Source: a virus
Taxonomy: Duplodnaviria > Caudoviricetes
Virus record (IMG/VR): IMGVR_UViG_3300032237_000798
Location: 1-30,518 of that record
Reading direction: 5' to 3' (one strand)
Length of the DNA: 30,518 nucleotides
Within the stretch, counting starts at the first letter, position 1; every line of letters starts with the position of its first letter. The notes beneath the pieces were generated by a model. It searched no databases and was not told where the DNA came from. It was given only the letters and a program-made list of their open reading frames with translations. Shown here piece by piece: positions 1 to 7,690 of this stretch. The position numbers and the translations under genes were made by a program.

Positions 1-2
1 AT

Positions 3-125
3 GGTGTTGGTGTAATTAGTTCTTTCACATCACAATTTGGTGATGTTCTTCTTCGCAATGTTGGTGGTGCAGGAACGGTATTCTCTGGTGTTGGTATCGG
101 AACAACTACACTTACTGTTGCTTGA
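3..125 (+). CDS. 3' end of a Gly/Thr-rich protein, possibly virion structural (partial)
   Basis: Frame open from the window edge, GVGVISSFTSQFGDVLLRNVGGAGTVFSGVGIGTTTLTVA, stop TGA at 123-125. GIGTT motifs are common in cyanophage structural proteins. Confidence 0.5.
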   Translation, partial: GVGVISSFTSQFGDVLLRNVGGAGTVFSGVGIGTTTLTVA

Positions 126-131
126 TACTAA

Positions 132-524
132 ATGATTTTTAATGAATTGAATGAGGACAACTTTCTCCTATTTGCTATTAAACATTATGAAAATCCTCAG
201 GCAGTAACCAGAGAAGATTTTGATAAAGATTTAAATCATTTCAAATACATCAAAAGACTTTTGAAGCGATATAAGAATACAGGTGAGCTAAAAACTCACC
301 TTCTTCTTAATCATTTTATTGTTCTATACAATATTTTTGGAGAAGCAACAACTCCAATGCTTTTTTTTAAAATAGAAAAAGAACTTTGGTCTGTGATGAA
401 AAGTTTTGTTATTTTTTTGGGAAGACTTCCTGAATATCCTAAATCAGGAATACATGATATTGAAGTTGACCTTAATTGTTTAGAAGAACTTTACAAAATC
501 TATAATGGAAAAGAAGAAACTTGA
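132..524 (+). CDS. conserved hypothetical protein of T4-like cyanophages
   Basis: 130 aa ORF. The motifs NFLLFAIKHYENP, FKYIKRLL and LLLNHFIVLYNIFG resemble the conserved gene found upstream of primase in T4-like cyanophages. Confidence 0.75.
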   Translation: MIFNELNEDNFLLFAIKHYENPQAVTREDFDKDLNHFKYIKRLLKRYKNTGELKTHLLLNHFIVLYNIFGEATTPMLFFKIEKELWSVMKSFVIFLGRLPEYPKSGIHDIEVDLNCLEELYKIYNGKEET

Positions 525-717
525 TAGAATCATAAATATTATTAGGGAAGAAATGATGGCAGCAAATGCTGCAGGATCTTCTGGTGGATTTTCTGGTTCT
601 GCAAATTCAAGAGGTCCGGTTGCCGGTTTTGATTCTGTAATGAGTATGGTTAAAAGAAAAGGTCCTCAAATTAAACTTCCACCAGGTTCACGTAAACGTT
701 GGACACCGAGGGAGTAA
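505..717 (+). CDS. small hypothetical protein, Gly/Ser/Ala-rich middle and basic C-terminus
   Basis: 70 aa ORF overlapping the previous stop and filling the gap to the next gene. Confidence 0.65.
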   Translation: MEKKKLDRIINIIREEMMAANAAGSSGGFSGSANSRGPVAGFDSVMSMVKRKGPQIKLPPGSRKRWTPRE

Positions 718-722
718 CTACC

Positions 723-1118
723 ATGTACACACCACCTGCTCCGTTAGAAACTAAAGTTGCTGTTCTTGAAGAAAGATTAGCAGTACATGAGCAGATGATG
801 TCGCGCATAGAAACAGCTATTGAAAAGTTAAGTGAAGTAAATAGTAATGTAAGCAAGATGCTTGCCGTTCATGAAGAAAAAATTGGCACCAACGAAAAAG
901 TTGACGACATACTCTTTACTAAAATTGACCAACTCGGTAGTAAAATGGACAGCGATCATAACATCGTGCTGTCAAAAATACAGGACTTAGAGAAAAAAGT
1001 TTGGATTGGAATTGGTATAGTAGTTTGTTTGTCTTTTATAATCCGAAATGCAAATTTTGTCGGAAGAATCTTGACACCACCTGTACAGTCATCTATAATA
1101 GGAGCACCTCATCGTTAA
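723..1118 (+). CDS. coiled-coil protein with a C-terminal transmembrane helix
   Basis: ATG at 723 preceded by GAGGGAG, preferred over the TTG at 699. Heptad-like helical body followed by hydrophobic VWIGIGIVVCLSFII. Confidence 0.7.
   Translation: MYTPPAPLETKVAVLEERLAVHEQMMSRIETAIEKLSEVNSNVSKMLAVHEEKIGTNEKVDDILFTKIDQLGSKMDSDHNIVLSKIQDLEKKVWIGIGIVVCLSFIIRNANFVGRILTPPVQSSIIGAPHR
1071..1099 (+). promoter_or_regulatory. sigma70-type promoter for primase-nrdAB
   Basis: TTGACA (1071-1076), 17 nt spacer, TATAAT (1094-1099): perfect consensus. Confidence 0.85.
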
Positions 1119-1127
1119 GATTTTATT

Positions 1128-2105
1128 ATGGATTATGTTGATGTTAAATACATCAATTTGATATCTTCACGATTTCAAAAATTTAAGAAGCTAAAGAATA
1201 ATCTCTACAACTTTCGTTGTCCGATATGTGGAGATTCTCAAAAGAATAAGAATAAATGTAGAGGATATTTATATCAAATAAAGAATAATACAAACTTTAA
1301 GTGTCATAACTGTGGTTTAAATATTTCTTTTAATAATTTTCTTAAGCAATTGGACACATTAATTCATAAGCAATATGCTTTTGAAAAATTTAAAGAAGGA
1401 CATACTGGAAGAAACTTTACAGTAGAAGAACCAGTTTTTAATTTCACAGAACCAAAATTTAAACCTAAGTTGGATTTGCCTAAAGCATCATCAAATCCTG
1501 ATGCAAACGAATATCTGGTTAAAAGAAAATTAAACCCAGATAAATTCTATTATGCTGAAAAATTTAAAGAATGGTCTAATTCTTTAAAACCAACATTTGA
1601 TAGTATAAAATATGATGAACCAAGGATTATTATTCCTTTATTCTATCAAAATGCTCTTATTGGATTTCAAGGAAGAGCACTTGGTCCAAGCAAGGTTAAA
1701 TACATTACTGTGATGATTACTGATGATGCGCCAAAAATCTATGGTCTTGATGAAATTCAAAAAAATGAAACTGTCTACATTACCGAAGGTCCATTCGACT
1801 CAACTTTCATTCGCAACTCGATTGCTCTTTGCGGAGCTGACGGTGATGTTGGTAAGTGGGGGATTAGCAATCCTGTGTGGATTTATGATAATGAACCACG
1901 AAATCCAGAAATTCTCAACAGAATCTCAAAGTGTATTGAACGTGGAGAGAGGGTTGTAATTTGGCCTTCCAATATTATTAAGAAGGATATTAATGAATTA
2001 ATTTTAGATGGTATGACTGAAAGTGATGTGCAACGTATGGTAGAATGTAGCAACTATTCTGGTTTAGAAGCAAAACTTAAATTTAACACCTGGAAGAAAA
2101 TATGA
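1128..2105 (+). CDS. gp61: DNA primase, T4 gp61-like
   Basis: Zn-binding motifs NFRCPICGDS and FKCHNCG, plus RIIIP, GFQGR, TOPRIM motif ITEGPFDS, YDNEPRN and KDIN. Confidence 0.95.
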   Translation: MDYVDVKYINLISSRFQKFKKLKNNLYNFRCPICGDSQKNKNKCRGYLYQIKNNTNFKCHNCGLNISFNNFLKQLDTLIHKQYAFEKFKEGHTGRNFTVEEPVFNFTEPKFKPKLDLPKASSNPDANEYLVKRKLNPDKFYYAEKFKEWSNSLKPTFDSIKYDEPRIIIPLFYQNALIGFQGRALGPSKVKYITVMITDDAPKIYGLDEIQKNETVYITEGPFDSTFIRNSIALCGADGDVGKWGISNPVWIYDNEPRNPEILNRISKCIERGERVVIWPSNIIKKDINELILDGMTESDVQRMVECSNYSGLEAKLKFNTWKKI

Positions 2106-4399
2106 GTAACGGTCTTAAGGTTCAAAAAAGAAATGGATCAATTGAAGGTATTGATCTGGATAAGATGCATGTGATGGTTGATGAAGCATGTAGAGGTCTT
2201 GCAGGCGTATCTGCATCGCAAGTTGAGATGAAATCTGGTATTCAATTTTATGATGGAATTTCTACTGGAGAAATTCAAGAAATTCTAATTCGTAGTGCCA
2301 GTGACTTGATTAATTTGGAACATCCAAATTATCAATTTGTTGCTGCTCGTCTACTTCTCTTTTCAGTTCGAAAATCTCTTTATGGGAAGATGCAAGAACT
2401 TCCTCCACTTGAGCAGCACATTTATGAATGTGTAAATGCTGAAGTCTATGATAATGATATCTTCAACAAGTATTCAAAAGAAGATATTGATAAAGCAAAT
2501 AATTTCATTGATCATAGTAGAGATTATCTGTTCACATATGCAGGTCTTCGTCAGGTAGTTGATAAGTATTTGGTGCAAGACCGTAGTAATGGTGGAGTAT
2601 ATGAAACTCCGCAATTCATGTATATGATGATTGCTCTGACTATTTTTGCAGAGTATCCGAAAGAAACCAGAATGTCATATGTAAGGAGGTACTATGACGC
2701 AATCAGCAAACACAAAATCAACATCCCAACACCAATCATGGCAGGAGTGCGAACACCTCTCAGGCAATTTGCATCTTGTGTTCTCGTTGATGTTGATGAC
2801 ACCCTCGATAGTATCTTTAGCAGTGATATGGCTATTGGTAGGTATGTCTCACAAAGGGCTGGTATCGGTATCAATGCAGGCCGAATCCGTGGTATCAATT
2901 CTAAAATCAGAGGTGGAGAGGTACAACACACAGGCGTTGTCCCCTTCCTTAAAAAGTTTGAAGCAACTGTGCGATGCTGCACACAAAACGGCATCAGAGG
3001 TGGTTCTGCTACAGTTCACTTTCCTATCTGGCACCAAGAAATCCAAGACATTTTAGTTCTTAAAAATAATAAAGGAACCGAAGATAATCGTGTTCGCAAA
3101 CTTGACTATTCAATTCAAATTAGTAAGTTGTTTTATGAGAGATTTATCCAAGATAGTGAGATTACGCTCTTTTCGCCGCATGATGTTCCTGGACTTTATG
3201 ATGTTTTTGGAACAGACAAGTTTGACGATTTATACGTTGAATATGAGAACAATTCGTCCATTCCGTCGAAAACTATTAAGGCGCAAGAACTCATTCTTAG
3301 TCTCCTCAAAGAACGTGCTGAAACGGGTCGTATCTATATTATGAATCTTGATCATTGCAATTCTCACTCATCATTTAAGGATAAAGTTGAGATGAGCAAT
3401 CTGTGCCAAGAAATAACTTTGCCCACATATCCTCTTCAACATATTGATGATCCAAATGGAGAAATTGCTCTTTGTATTCTTTCTGCGATTAATGTTGGTA
3501 AGGTAAAGTCTGATGAAGAACTTGAAGATCTTTGTGATCTTTCTGTTCGTGGTCTGGATGAATTGATTGACTATCAAAAATACCCAGTGATTGCTGCAGA
3601 AATTGGTACTAAATCACGTCGTTCTCTTGGTGTGGGATTTATTGGTTTGGCTCACTATCTTGCCAAACTTGGTCACAAGTATGATTCTCAGGGAGCATGG
3701 GATGCAGTTCATGGACTTGCGGAATCTTTTCAATATTATCTTCTCAAAGCATCCAATCAACTTGCTAAAGAGAAGGGACATTGTGAATACTTTGGACGTA
3801 CTAAGTATTCCGATGGAATTCTTCCAATTGATACTTACAAAAAAGATGTAGATGAGGTTTCTTCTATCTCCCTTCAGCATGACTGGGAGACTCTCAGAAC
3901 ATCTATTTTAGAGCATGGTCTTAGACACTCCACCCTGTCTGCCCAAATGCCCTCAGAGAGCAGTTCCGTCGTTTCTAACGCAACCAATGGCATCGAACCA
4001 CCTAGAGGGTTCCTTTCGATTAAAAAGTCTAAGAAAGGTCCTCTCAAGCAAATTGTCCCACAGTATGCATCTCTTAAAAACAATTATACATTGCTTTGGG
4101 ATATGCCTGGGAATACTGGGTATATTAATATTGTTGCAGTTATGCAGAAATTCTTTGATCAAGCGATTTCTGGAAACTGGTCGTACAATCCAGAGAATTA
4201 TCCAGATAATGAAGTTCCTGTTAGCGTAATGGCAAATGATTTCTTGACTACATACAAATACGGGTGGAAAACTTCTTACTATCAAAACACTTATGATATT
4301 AAAACTGATGAGGTAGTAGAAGAAAAACCCAATCTTCAAAATTTGCTAAGTGAGTTAAGTTCAGTAGAGGAGGGAGAGTGTGAATCCTGTGCAGTTTAA
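2102..4399 (+). CDS. nrdA: ribonucleotide reductase class Ia, alpha subunit
   Basis: N-terminal ATP cone (VQKRNG), PTPIMAG, SCVL, catalytic SNLCQE, MPSESSS..SNATNGIEP, KTSYY and C-terminal CESC. Confidence 0.98.
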   Translation: MSNGLKVQKRNGSIEGIDLDKMHVMVDEACRGLAGVSASQVEMKSGIQFYDGISTGEIQEILIRSASDLINLEHPNYQFVAARLLLFSVRKSLYGKMQELPPLEQHIYECVNAEVYDNDIFNKYSKEDIDKANNFIDHSRDYLFTYAGLRQVVDKYLVQDRSNGGVYETPQFMYMMIALTIFAEYPKETRMSYVRRYYDAISKHKINIPTPIMAGVRTPLRQFASCVLVDVDDTLDSIFSSDMAIGRYVSQRAGIGINAGRIRGINSKIRGGEVQHTGVVPFLKKFEATVRCCTQNGIRGGSATVHFPIWHQEIQDILVLKNNKGTEDNRVRKLDYSIQISKLFYERFIQDSEITLFSPHDVPGLYDVFGTDKFDDLYVEYENNSSIPSKTIKAQELILSLLKERAETGRIYIMNLDHCNSHSSFKDKVEMSNLCQEITLPTYPLQHIDDPNGEIALCILSAINVGKVKSDEELEDLCDLSVRGLDELIDYQKYPVIAAEIGTKSRRSLGVGFIGLAHYLAKLGHKYDSQGAWDAVHGLAESFQYYLLKASNQLAKEKGHCEYFGRTKYSDGILPIDTYKKDVDEVSSISLQHDWETLRTSILEHGLRHSTLSAQMPSESSSVVSNATNGIEPPRGFLSIKKSKKGPLKQIVPQYASLKNNYTLLWDMPGNTGYINIVAVMQKFFDQAISGNWSYNPENYPDNEVPVSVMANDFLTTYKYGWKTSYYQNTYDIKTDEVVEEKPNLQNLLSELSSVEEGECESCAV

Positions 4400-5567
4400 A
4401 ATTTCTTCTACAGAGGAGATTACATCAATTAAAGGAATGACAGTTTTCAATACGGAGTATGTTGACACCAAAAAGCAACCAATGTTCTTTGGCAAACCTT
4501 TGGGAATCCAAAGGTATGATTCATACAAATATCCAGTCTTCGATAAACTAACGACTCAACAACTTGGTTACTTTTGGAGACCTGAAGAGGTATCTCTTCA
4601 GAAGGATCGTGGGGACTATCAAACACTTCGTCCAGAACAAAAGCACATCTATACTTCTAATTTGAAGTATCAGATTATGCTTGATTCAGTTCAAGGGCGT
4701 GGGCCTGGAATGGCATTTCTTCCATACTGTTCTCTTCCTGAACTGGAAGCATGTATGGAAGTGTGGGGGTTCATGGAAATGATTCATAGTCGCTCCTATA
4801 CTTATATCATTAAAAACATCTATTCAGACCCTTCTGAGGTGTTTGATACTATTATTCATGATGAGCGCATTCTGGAACGTGCTAAGAGCGTTACAGAGTC
4901 TTATGATGACTTCATTCAATCAGCACAACAGTATGGTGTATCCGATACATGGATGCACAATCTTGAAGGTGTCTCATACGCAAAAGAAACAATCAACGAT
5001 GTCAAACGAAAACTCTATAGAGCAGTCGCAAACGTTAACATTCTTGAAGGTATTCGGTTCTACGTTAGTTTTGCTTGTAGTTTCGCCTTTGGTGAACTTA
5101 AGCTTATGGAAGGATCCGCTAAAATCATTAGTCTCATCGCAAGAGACGAAAACCAACATTTAGCACTTACTCAGAATATTCTGAATAAGTGGAGAGAAGG
5201 TGATGACCCTGAAATGCAACAAATTGCAAAAGAAGAAGAGGAATGGGTTTATGCAATGTTTGATCGTGCAGTAAATGAAGAAAAGAAATGGGCAGATTAT
5301 CTGTTCAAAGATGGTAGCATGATTGGACTAAATGATAAACTTCTTCAGCAATATGTTGAATGGATTGCAAACCGAAGACTCAAGGCAATAGGACTTAAAC
5401 CACAATATGATATTTCAGCAAACAACAATCCTCTTCCTTGGACTCAGCACTGGATTTCCTCTAAAGGTCTCCAGGTGGCTCCCCAGGAAACGGAAGTAGA
5501 AAGTTATGTAGTAGGTGGAATAAAACAGGACGTGAAAAAAGACACATTTAGTGGATTCAAACTTTGA
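4380..5567 (+). CDS. nrdB: ribonucleotide reductase class Ia, beta subunit
   Basis: FWRPEEV, LDSVQGRGP, EMIHSRSY (radical Tyr), LEGIRFYVSF, RDENQH and VAPQETE..SY. The GTG start is uncertain. Confidence 0.97.
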   Translation: MNPVQFKISSTEEITSIKGMTVFNTEYVDTKKQPMFFGKPLGIQRYDSYKYPVFDKLTTQQLGYFWRPEEVSLQKDRGDYQTLRPEQKHIYTSNLKYQIMLDSVQGRGPGMAFLPYCSLPELEACMEVWGFMEMIHSRSYTYIIKNIYSDPSEVFDTIIHDERILERAKSVTESYDDFIQSAQQYGVSDTWMHNLEGVSYAKETINDVKRKLYRAVANVNILEGIRFYVSFACSFAFGELKLMEGSAKIISLIARDENQHLALTQNILNKWREGDDPEMQQIAKEEEEWVYAMFDRAVNEEKKWADYLFKDGSMIGLNDKLLQQYVEWIANRRLKAIGLKPQYDISANNNPLPWTQHWISSKGLQVAPQETEVESYVVGGIKQDVKKDTFSGFKL

Positions 5568-5572
5568 TAGAT

Positions 5573-5599
5573 AGAGGAGGTAATACTCCTCTTTTTTTT
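5573..5599 (+). terminator. intrinsic terminator after nrdB
   Basis: AGAGGAG-gtaata-CTCCTCT, a 7 bp stem followed by a T run. Confidence 0.85.
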
Positions 5600-5755
5600 A
5601 TGGTACACATTACAGATATATTTGAATTAAAAGCAAGACTTGATGGATTGAAACATCAGCTTGAAAATGAAATGATGACTTGGAAAGACAAGGAACTGGC
5701 ACATAAATATCTCAATAAAGCGATTGATTATGTGAATGAATTGCAGTTATACTAA
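5600..5755 (+). CDS. small hypothetical protein, 51 aa (MVHITDIFELKARL...)
   Basis: ATG at 5600 just after the terminator; helical amphipathic sequence; overlaps the next start. Confidence 0.6.
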   Translation: MVHITDIFELKARLDGLKHQLENEMMTWKDKELAHKYLNKAIDYVNELQLY

Positions 5756-6173
5756 TCCTTGGTTGTATAATGGAAAACCATTCGAATCCGATGATATTCA
5801 AAATTATTTTGGTTTTGTTTATCTTATTGAATGTCCCACAACTAATCGTAGATATATTGGTAGGAAGTATTTTTGGTCTTTTAGAACCCCAAAGGGTAAA
5901 AGTAGAAAAGTAAAATCAGAATCAGATTGGAAAAATTATTATGGGTCTTGTCCAGAACTTAAAGAAGACGTTGAAAAATATGGCAGGGAAAGTTTTGGTA
6001 GAACTATCCTGTCATTACATAAAACAAAAGGCAAAACTAATTTCGAAGAAACGAGACAACTCTTCACAAACGGAGTTATCACGGAAGCTCTTGACAACGG
6101 AGTCCCAGCATTCTACAATAGCAATATCCTCAACAGGTACTTCCGAAAAGATTATTATGGAAATAACGATTGA
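5736..6173 (+). CDS. denA: GIY-YIG endonuclease, T4 endonuclease II-like
   Basis: GFVYLI...RRYIGRK GIY-YIG motif, W..YYGS, and FYNSNI with the conserved Asn. Its position after nrdB matches T4 denA. Confidence 0.75.
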   Translation: MNCSYTNPWLYNGKPFESDDIQNYFGFVYLIECPTTNRRYIGRKYFWSFRTPKGKSRKVKSESDWKNYYGSCPELKEDVEKYGRESFGRTILSLHKTKGKTNFEETRQLFTNGVITEALDNGVPAFYNSNILNRYFRKDYYGNND

Positions 6174-6354
6174 ACCTATCGTGCAAGTTCGTGATTGGGT
6201 AGTTCAAAAAATCAAAGATACTGATGATTATGATACTGCAATTGCTCTTGTAGCAGAATTTGAGGAATGGTTGGATCTTGATGGTAAAGATGAGATTGAT
6301 TATCTTTGTATTGAGAATGATGAATGGGGCGATCAAGAACTTGATGTTCGGTAA
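6157..6354 (+). CDS. small acidic hypothetical protein, 65 aa (MEITIEPIVQVRDW...)
   Basis: ATG at 6157 in the frame of track ORF 5941..6354, overlapping the denA stop. Confidence 0.6.
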   Translation: MEITIEPIVQVRDWVVQKIKDTDDYDTAIALVAEFEEWLDLDGKDEIDYLCIENDEWGDQELDVR

Positions 6355-6362
6355 ACCAATTT

Positions 6363-6391
6363 TTGACAAAACCTAAATAATCACTTATAAT
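6363..6391 (+). promoter_or_regulatory. sigma70-type promoter
   Basis: TTGACA (6363-6368), 17 nt spacer, TATAAT (6386-6391). A late-promoter-like CTAAATA lies in the spacer. Confidence 0.85.
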
Positions 6392-6397
6392 ATTTTC

Positions 6398-6501
6398 AAA
6401 CCCACACAAAAGGTGGGTTTTCTTGTAATGAGAAAGTGATTGAAACTTAGAGCCGTGGAAGGTGCCTGCTGAGAGGTTGGGTATACCCCCCTTCTATACG
6501 G
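6398..6501 (+). ncRNA. candidate structured 5' leader of the lysozyme-like gene
   Basis: Hairpin AAACCCAC/GTGGGTTT (6398-6420). Stem CCGT-GGAAGG/CCTTCT-AT-ACGG (6453-6501) encloses a GAGA-tetraloop hairpin. Confidence 0.45.
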
Positions 6502-6523
6502 ATGTCGAATTCTATTAAACTTA

Positions 6524-7159
6524 ATGCAAAATTTCTTTACAGTAACCTTACCCCTTTTGGCATCGGTTACAACCAGTTCGGCAACACTGCCTGTAGTATT
6601 TCCTCCTCCTTTGAGTGCTCCGCCACCATATTCTGTTATTAAGGAGTTTGATACAACGACAGCGACCAAAAAGGTTGCTTCCGAAAAACAAAAAGAGAAA
6701 AGGTTAATTTGTAAAGGGTGTAATGAAAATGAAAATGTAGCCCTGGATTATTTCCAGGACATTGGAGTTAGAGATAAAAACGCCCTTGCTACTATATTAG
6801 GAAACATTAAACAAGAATCAACATTTCAGTCTAATGTTTGCGAAGGTGGTAGTAAAAGATCATACTACAACTGCTACGGTGGTTATGGCCTGATTCAATG
6901 GACATCTGCTAATCGTTATTATGGATTGGGTGATTTTGCTAAGAAGTTTGGTGGTTCTCCATCATCACTTCAAACGCAACTTCGTTATCTCACAAATGAA
7001 GTTCAGTGGAAGAGTATTGAAGATAGAATGAAAAAACCTGGAAAATCTATTTACTCTTACATGAATGCTGCTTATGATTGGATTGGTTGGGGATATCATG
7101 GTGCCCGAACCTCATATGCCTATGATTATGCTAATCGACTGATTCAAGTAGAAGTCTGA
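6524..7159 (+). CDS. lysozyme-like cell wall hydrolase (phage tail lysozyme-like domain) with signal-peptide-like and Pro-rich N-terminus
   Basis: ALATILGNIKQES (catalytic Glu), GGYGLIQWT and SLQTQLRYL. Hydrophobic N-terminus followed by FPPPLSAPPP. Confidence 0.8.
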   Translation: MQNFFTVTLPLLASVTTSSATLPVVFPPPLSAPPPYSVIKEFDTTTATKKVASEKQKEKRLICKGCNENENVALDYFQDIGVRDKNALATILGNIKQESTFQSNVCEGGSKRSYYNCYGGYGLIQWTSANRYYGLGDFAKKFGGSPSSLQTQLRYLTNEVQWKSIEDRMKKPGKSIYSYMNAAYDWIGWGYHGARTSYAYDYANRLIQVEV

Positions 7160-7166
7160 TTTAGTT

Positions 7167-7193
7167 AAGGGGGATTGACATCCCCCTTTCTTT
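7167..7193 (+). terminator. intrinsic terminator
   Basis: AAGGGGGAT-tgac-ATCCCCCTT, a 9 bp stem with a T-rich tail. Confidence 0.8.
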
Positions 7194-7203
7194 GTTTTAT
7201 AAT
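7175..7203 (+). promoter_or_regulatory. sigma70-type promoter for the tRNA cluster, overlapping the terminator
   Basis: TTGACA (7175-7180), 17 nt spacer, TATAAT (7198-7203). Confidence 0.85.
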
Positions 7204-7211
7204 ACTCTCAT

Positions 7212-7285
7212 GTCTCGGTAGCTCAGATGGATAGAGCATCTGCCTTCTAAGCAGTTGGTCACAGGTTCAAGTCCTGTCCGAGACG
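7212..7285 (+). tRNA. trnR: tRNA-Arg(UCU)
   Basis: Acceptor GTCTCGG/CCGAGAC, D stem GCTC/GAGC, anticodon loop CT-TCT-AA, T arm ACAGG-TTCAAGT-CCTGT. No encoded CCA. Confidence 0.95.
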
Positions 7286-7286
7286 C

Positions 7287-7315
7287 TTGACGAAAATCAA
7301 ATTTTGTCTTATACT
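7287..7315 (+). promoter_or_regulatory. sigma70-type promoter
   Basis: TTGACG (7287-7292), 17 nt spacer, TATACT (7310-7315). Confidence 0.7.
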
Positions 7316-7325
7316 TTATAAGTGC

Positions 7326-7397
7326 TGAGAGTGATGCCAAAAGTAAGGCACCCCGACAAGGGATACAGTAGAAGGATGCGAAACCTTCCACTCTCAC
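7326..7397 (+). ncRNA. tRNA-like cloverleaf RNA lacking a canonical anticodon arm
   Basis: Closing stem TGAGAGTG/CACTCTCA; arms TGCC/GGCA, CCC/GGG and GAAGG-atgcgaaa-CCTTC. Confidence 0.55.
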
Positions 7398-7402
7398 AAA
7401 AT

Positions 7403-7474
7403 GCGAAATTAATTCAGCGGTAGAATGTCTGCCTTCCAAGCAGAACGTCAGGAGTTCAAATCTCCTATTTCGCT
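7403..7474 (+). tRNA. trnG: tRNA-Gly(UCC)
   Basis: Acceptor GCGAAAT/ATTTCGC, anticodon arm TCTGC-CTTCCAA-GCAGA, T arm AGGAG-TTCAAAT-CTCCT. Confidence 0.95.
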
Positions 7475-7520
7475 CTTGGAGTAGTCGTTATGCAAATAGC
7501 ATAGAAAGACGCTCCTCCAT

Positions 7521-7593
7521 TCCTCTATAGCTCAATTGGCAGAGCACGAAGCTGTTAACTTTGGGGTTCCTGGTTCGAGTCCAGGTGGGGGAG
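7521..7593 (+). tRNA. trnN: tRNA-Asn(GUU)
   Basis: Acceptor TCCTCTA/TGGGGGA, anticodon arm CGAAG-CTGTTAA-CTTTG, T arm CCTGG-TTCGAGT-CCAGG. Confidence 0.95.
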
Positions 7594-7595
7594 TT

Positions 7596-7668
7596 GGGCG
7601 ATTAACTCAGCGGTCAGAGTGTCTGATTTACATTCAGAAAGTCCACGGTTCAAATCCGTGATTGCCCA
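7596..7668 (+). tRNA. trnV: tRNA-Val(UAC)
   Basis: Acceptor GGGCGAT/ATTGCCC, anticodon arm TCTGA-TTTACAT-TCAGA, T arm CACGG-TTCAAAT-CCGTG. Confidence 0.95.
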
Positions 7669-7669
7669 T

Positions 7670-7677
7670 TATAAATA
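7670..7677 (+). promoter_or_regulatory. T4-type late promoter (gp55)
   Basis: Exact TATAAATA, 13 nt upstream of the dps ATG. Confidence 0.65.
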
Positions 7678-7690
7678 AATCAAAAAGATA

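Noticed and set aside
531-538. Late-promoter-like CATAAATA (also at 5702-5709)
   Set aside because: Inside coding sequence in AT-rich DNA; chance occurrence cannot be excluded.
2102-5567. Intron, intein or homing endonuclease in nrdA/nrdB
   Set aside because: Both ORFs are continuous, of normal length and overlap each other; no insertion is visible.
5564-5599. N-terminal extension of ORF 5564..5755
   Set aside because: This stretch is the nrdB terminator; the ATG at 5600 is the plausible start.
5941-6156. Long version of ORF 5941..6354
   Set aside because: It overlaps denA out of frame; only the part from ATG 6157 looks like a real protein.
5736-6173. Mobile homing endonuclease
   Set aside because: Single short GIY-YIG domain with no DNA-binding extension, at the denA position; better explained as endonuclease II-like.
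7197-7439. Minus-strand 80 aa ORF
   Set aside because: Antisense to tRNA genes; a shadow ORF.
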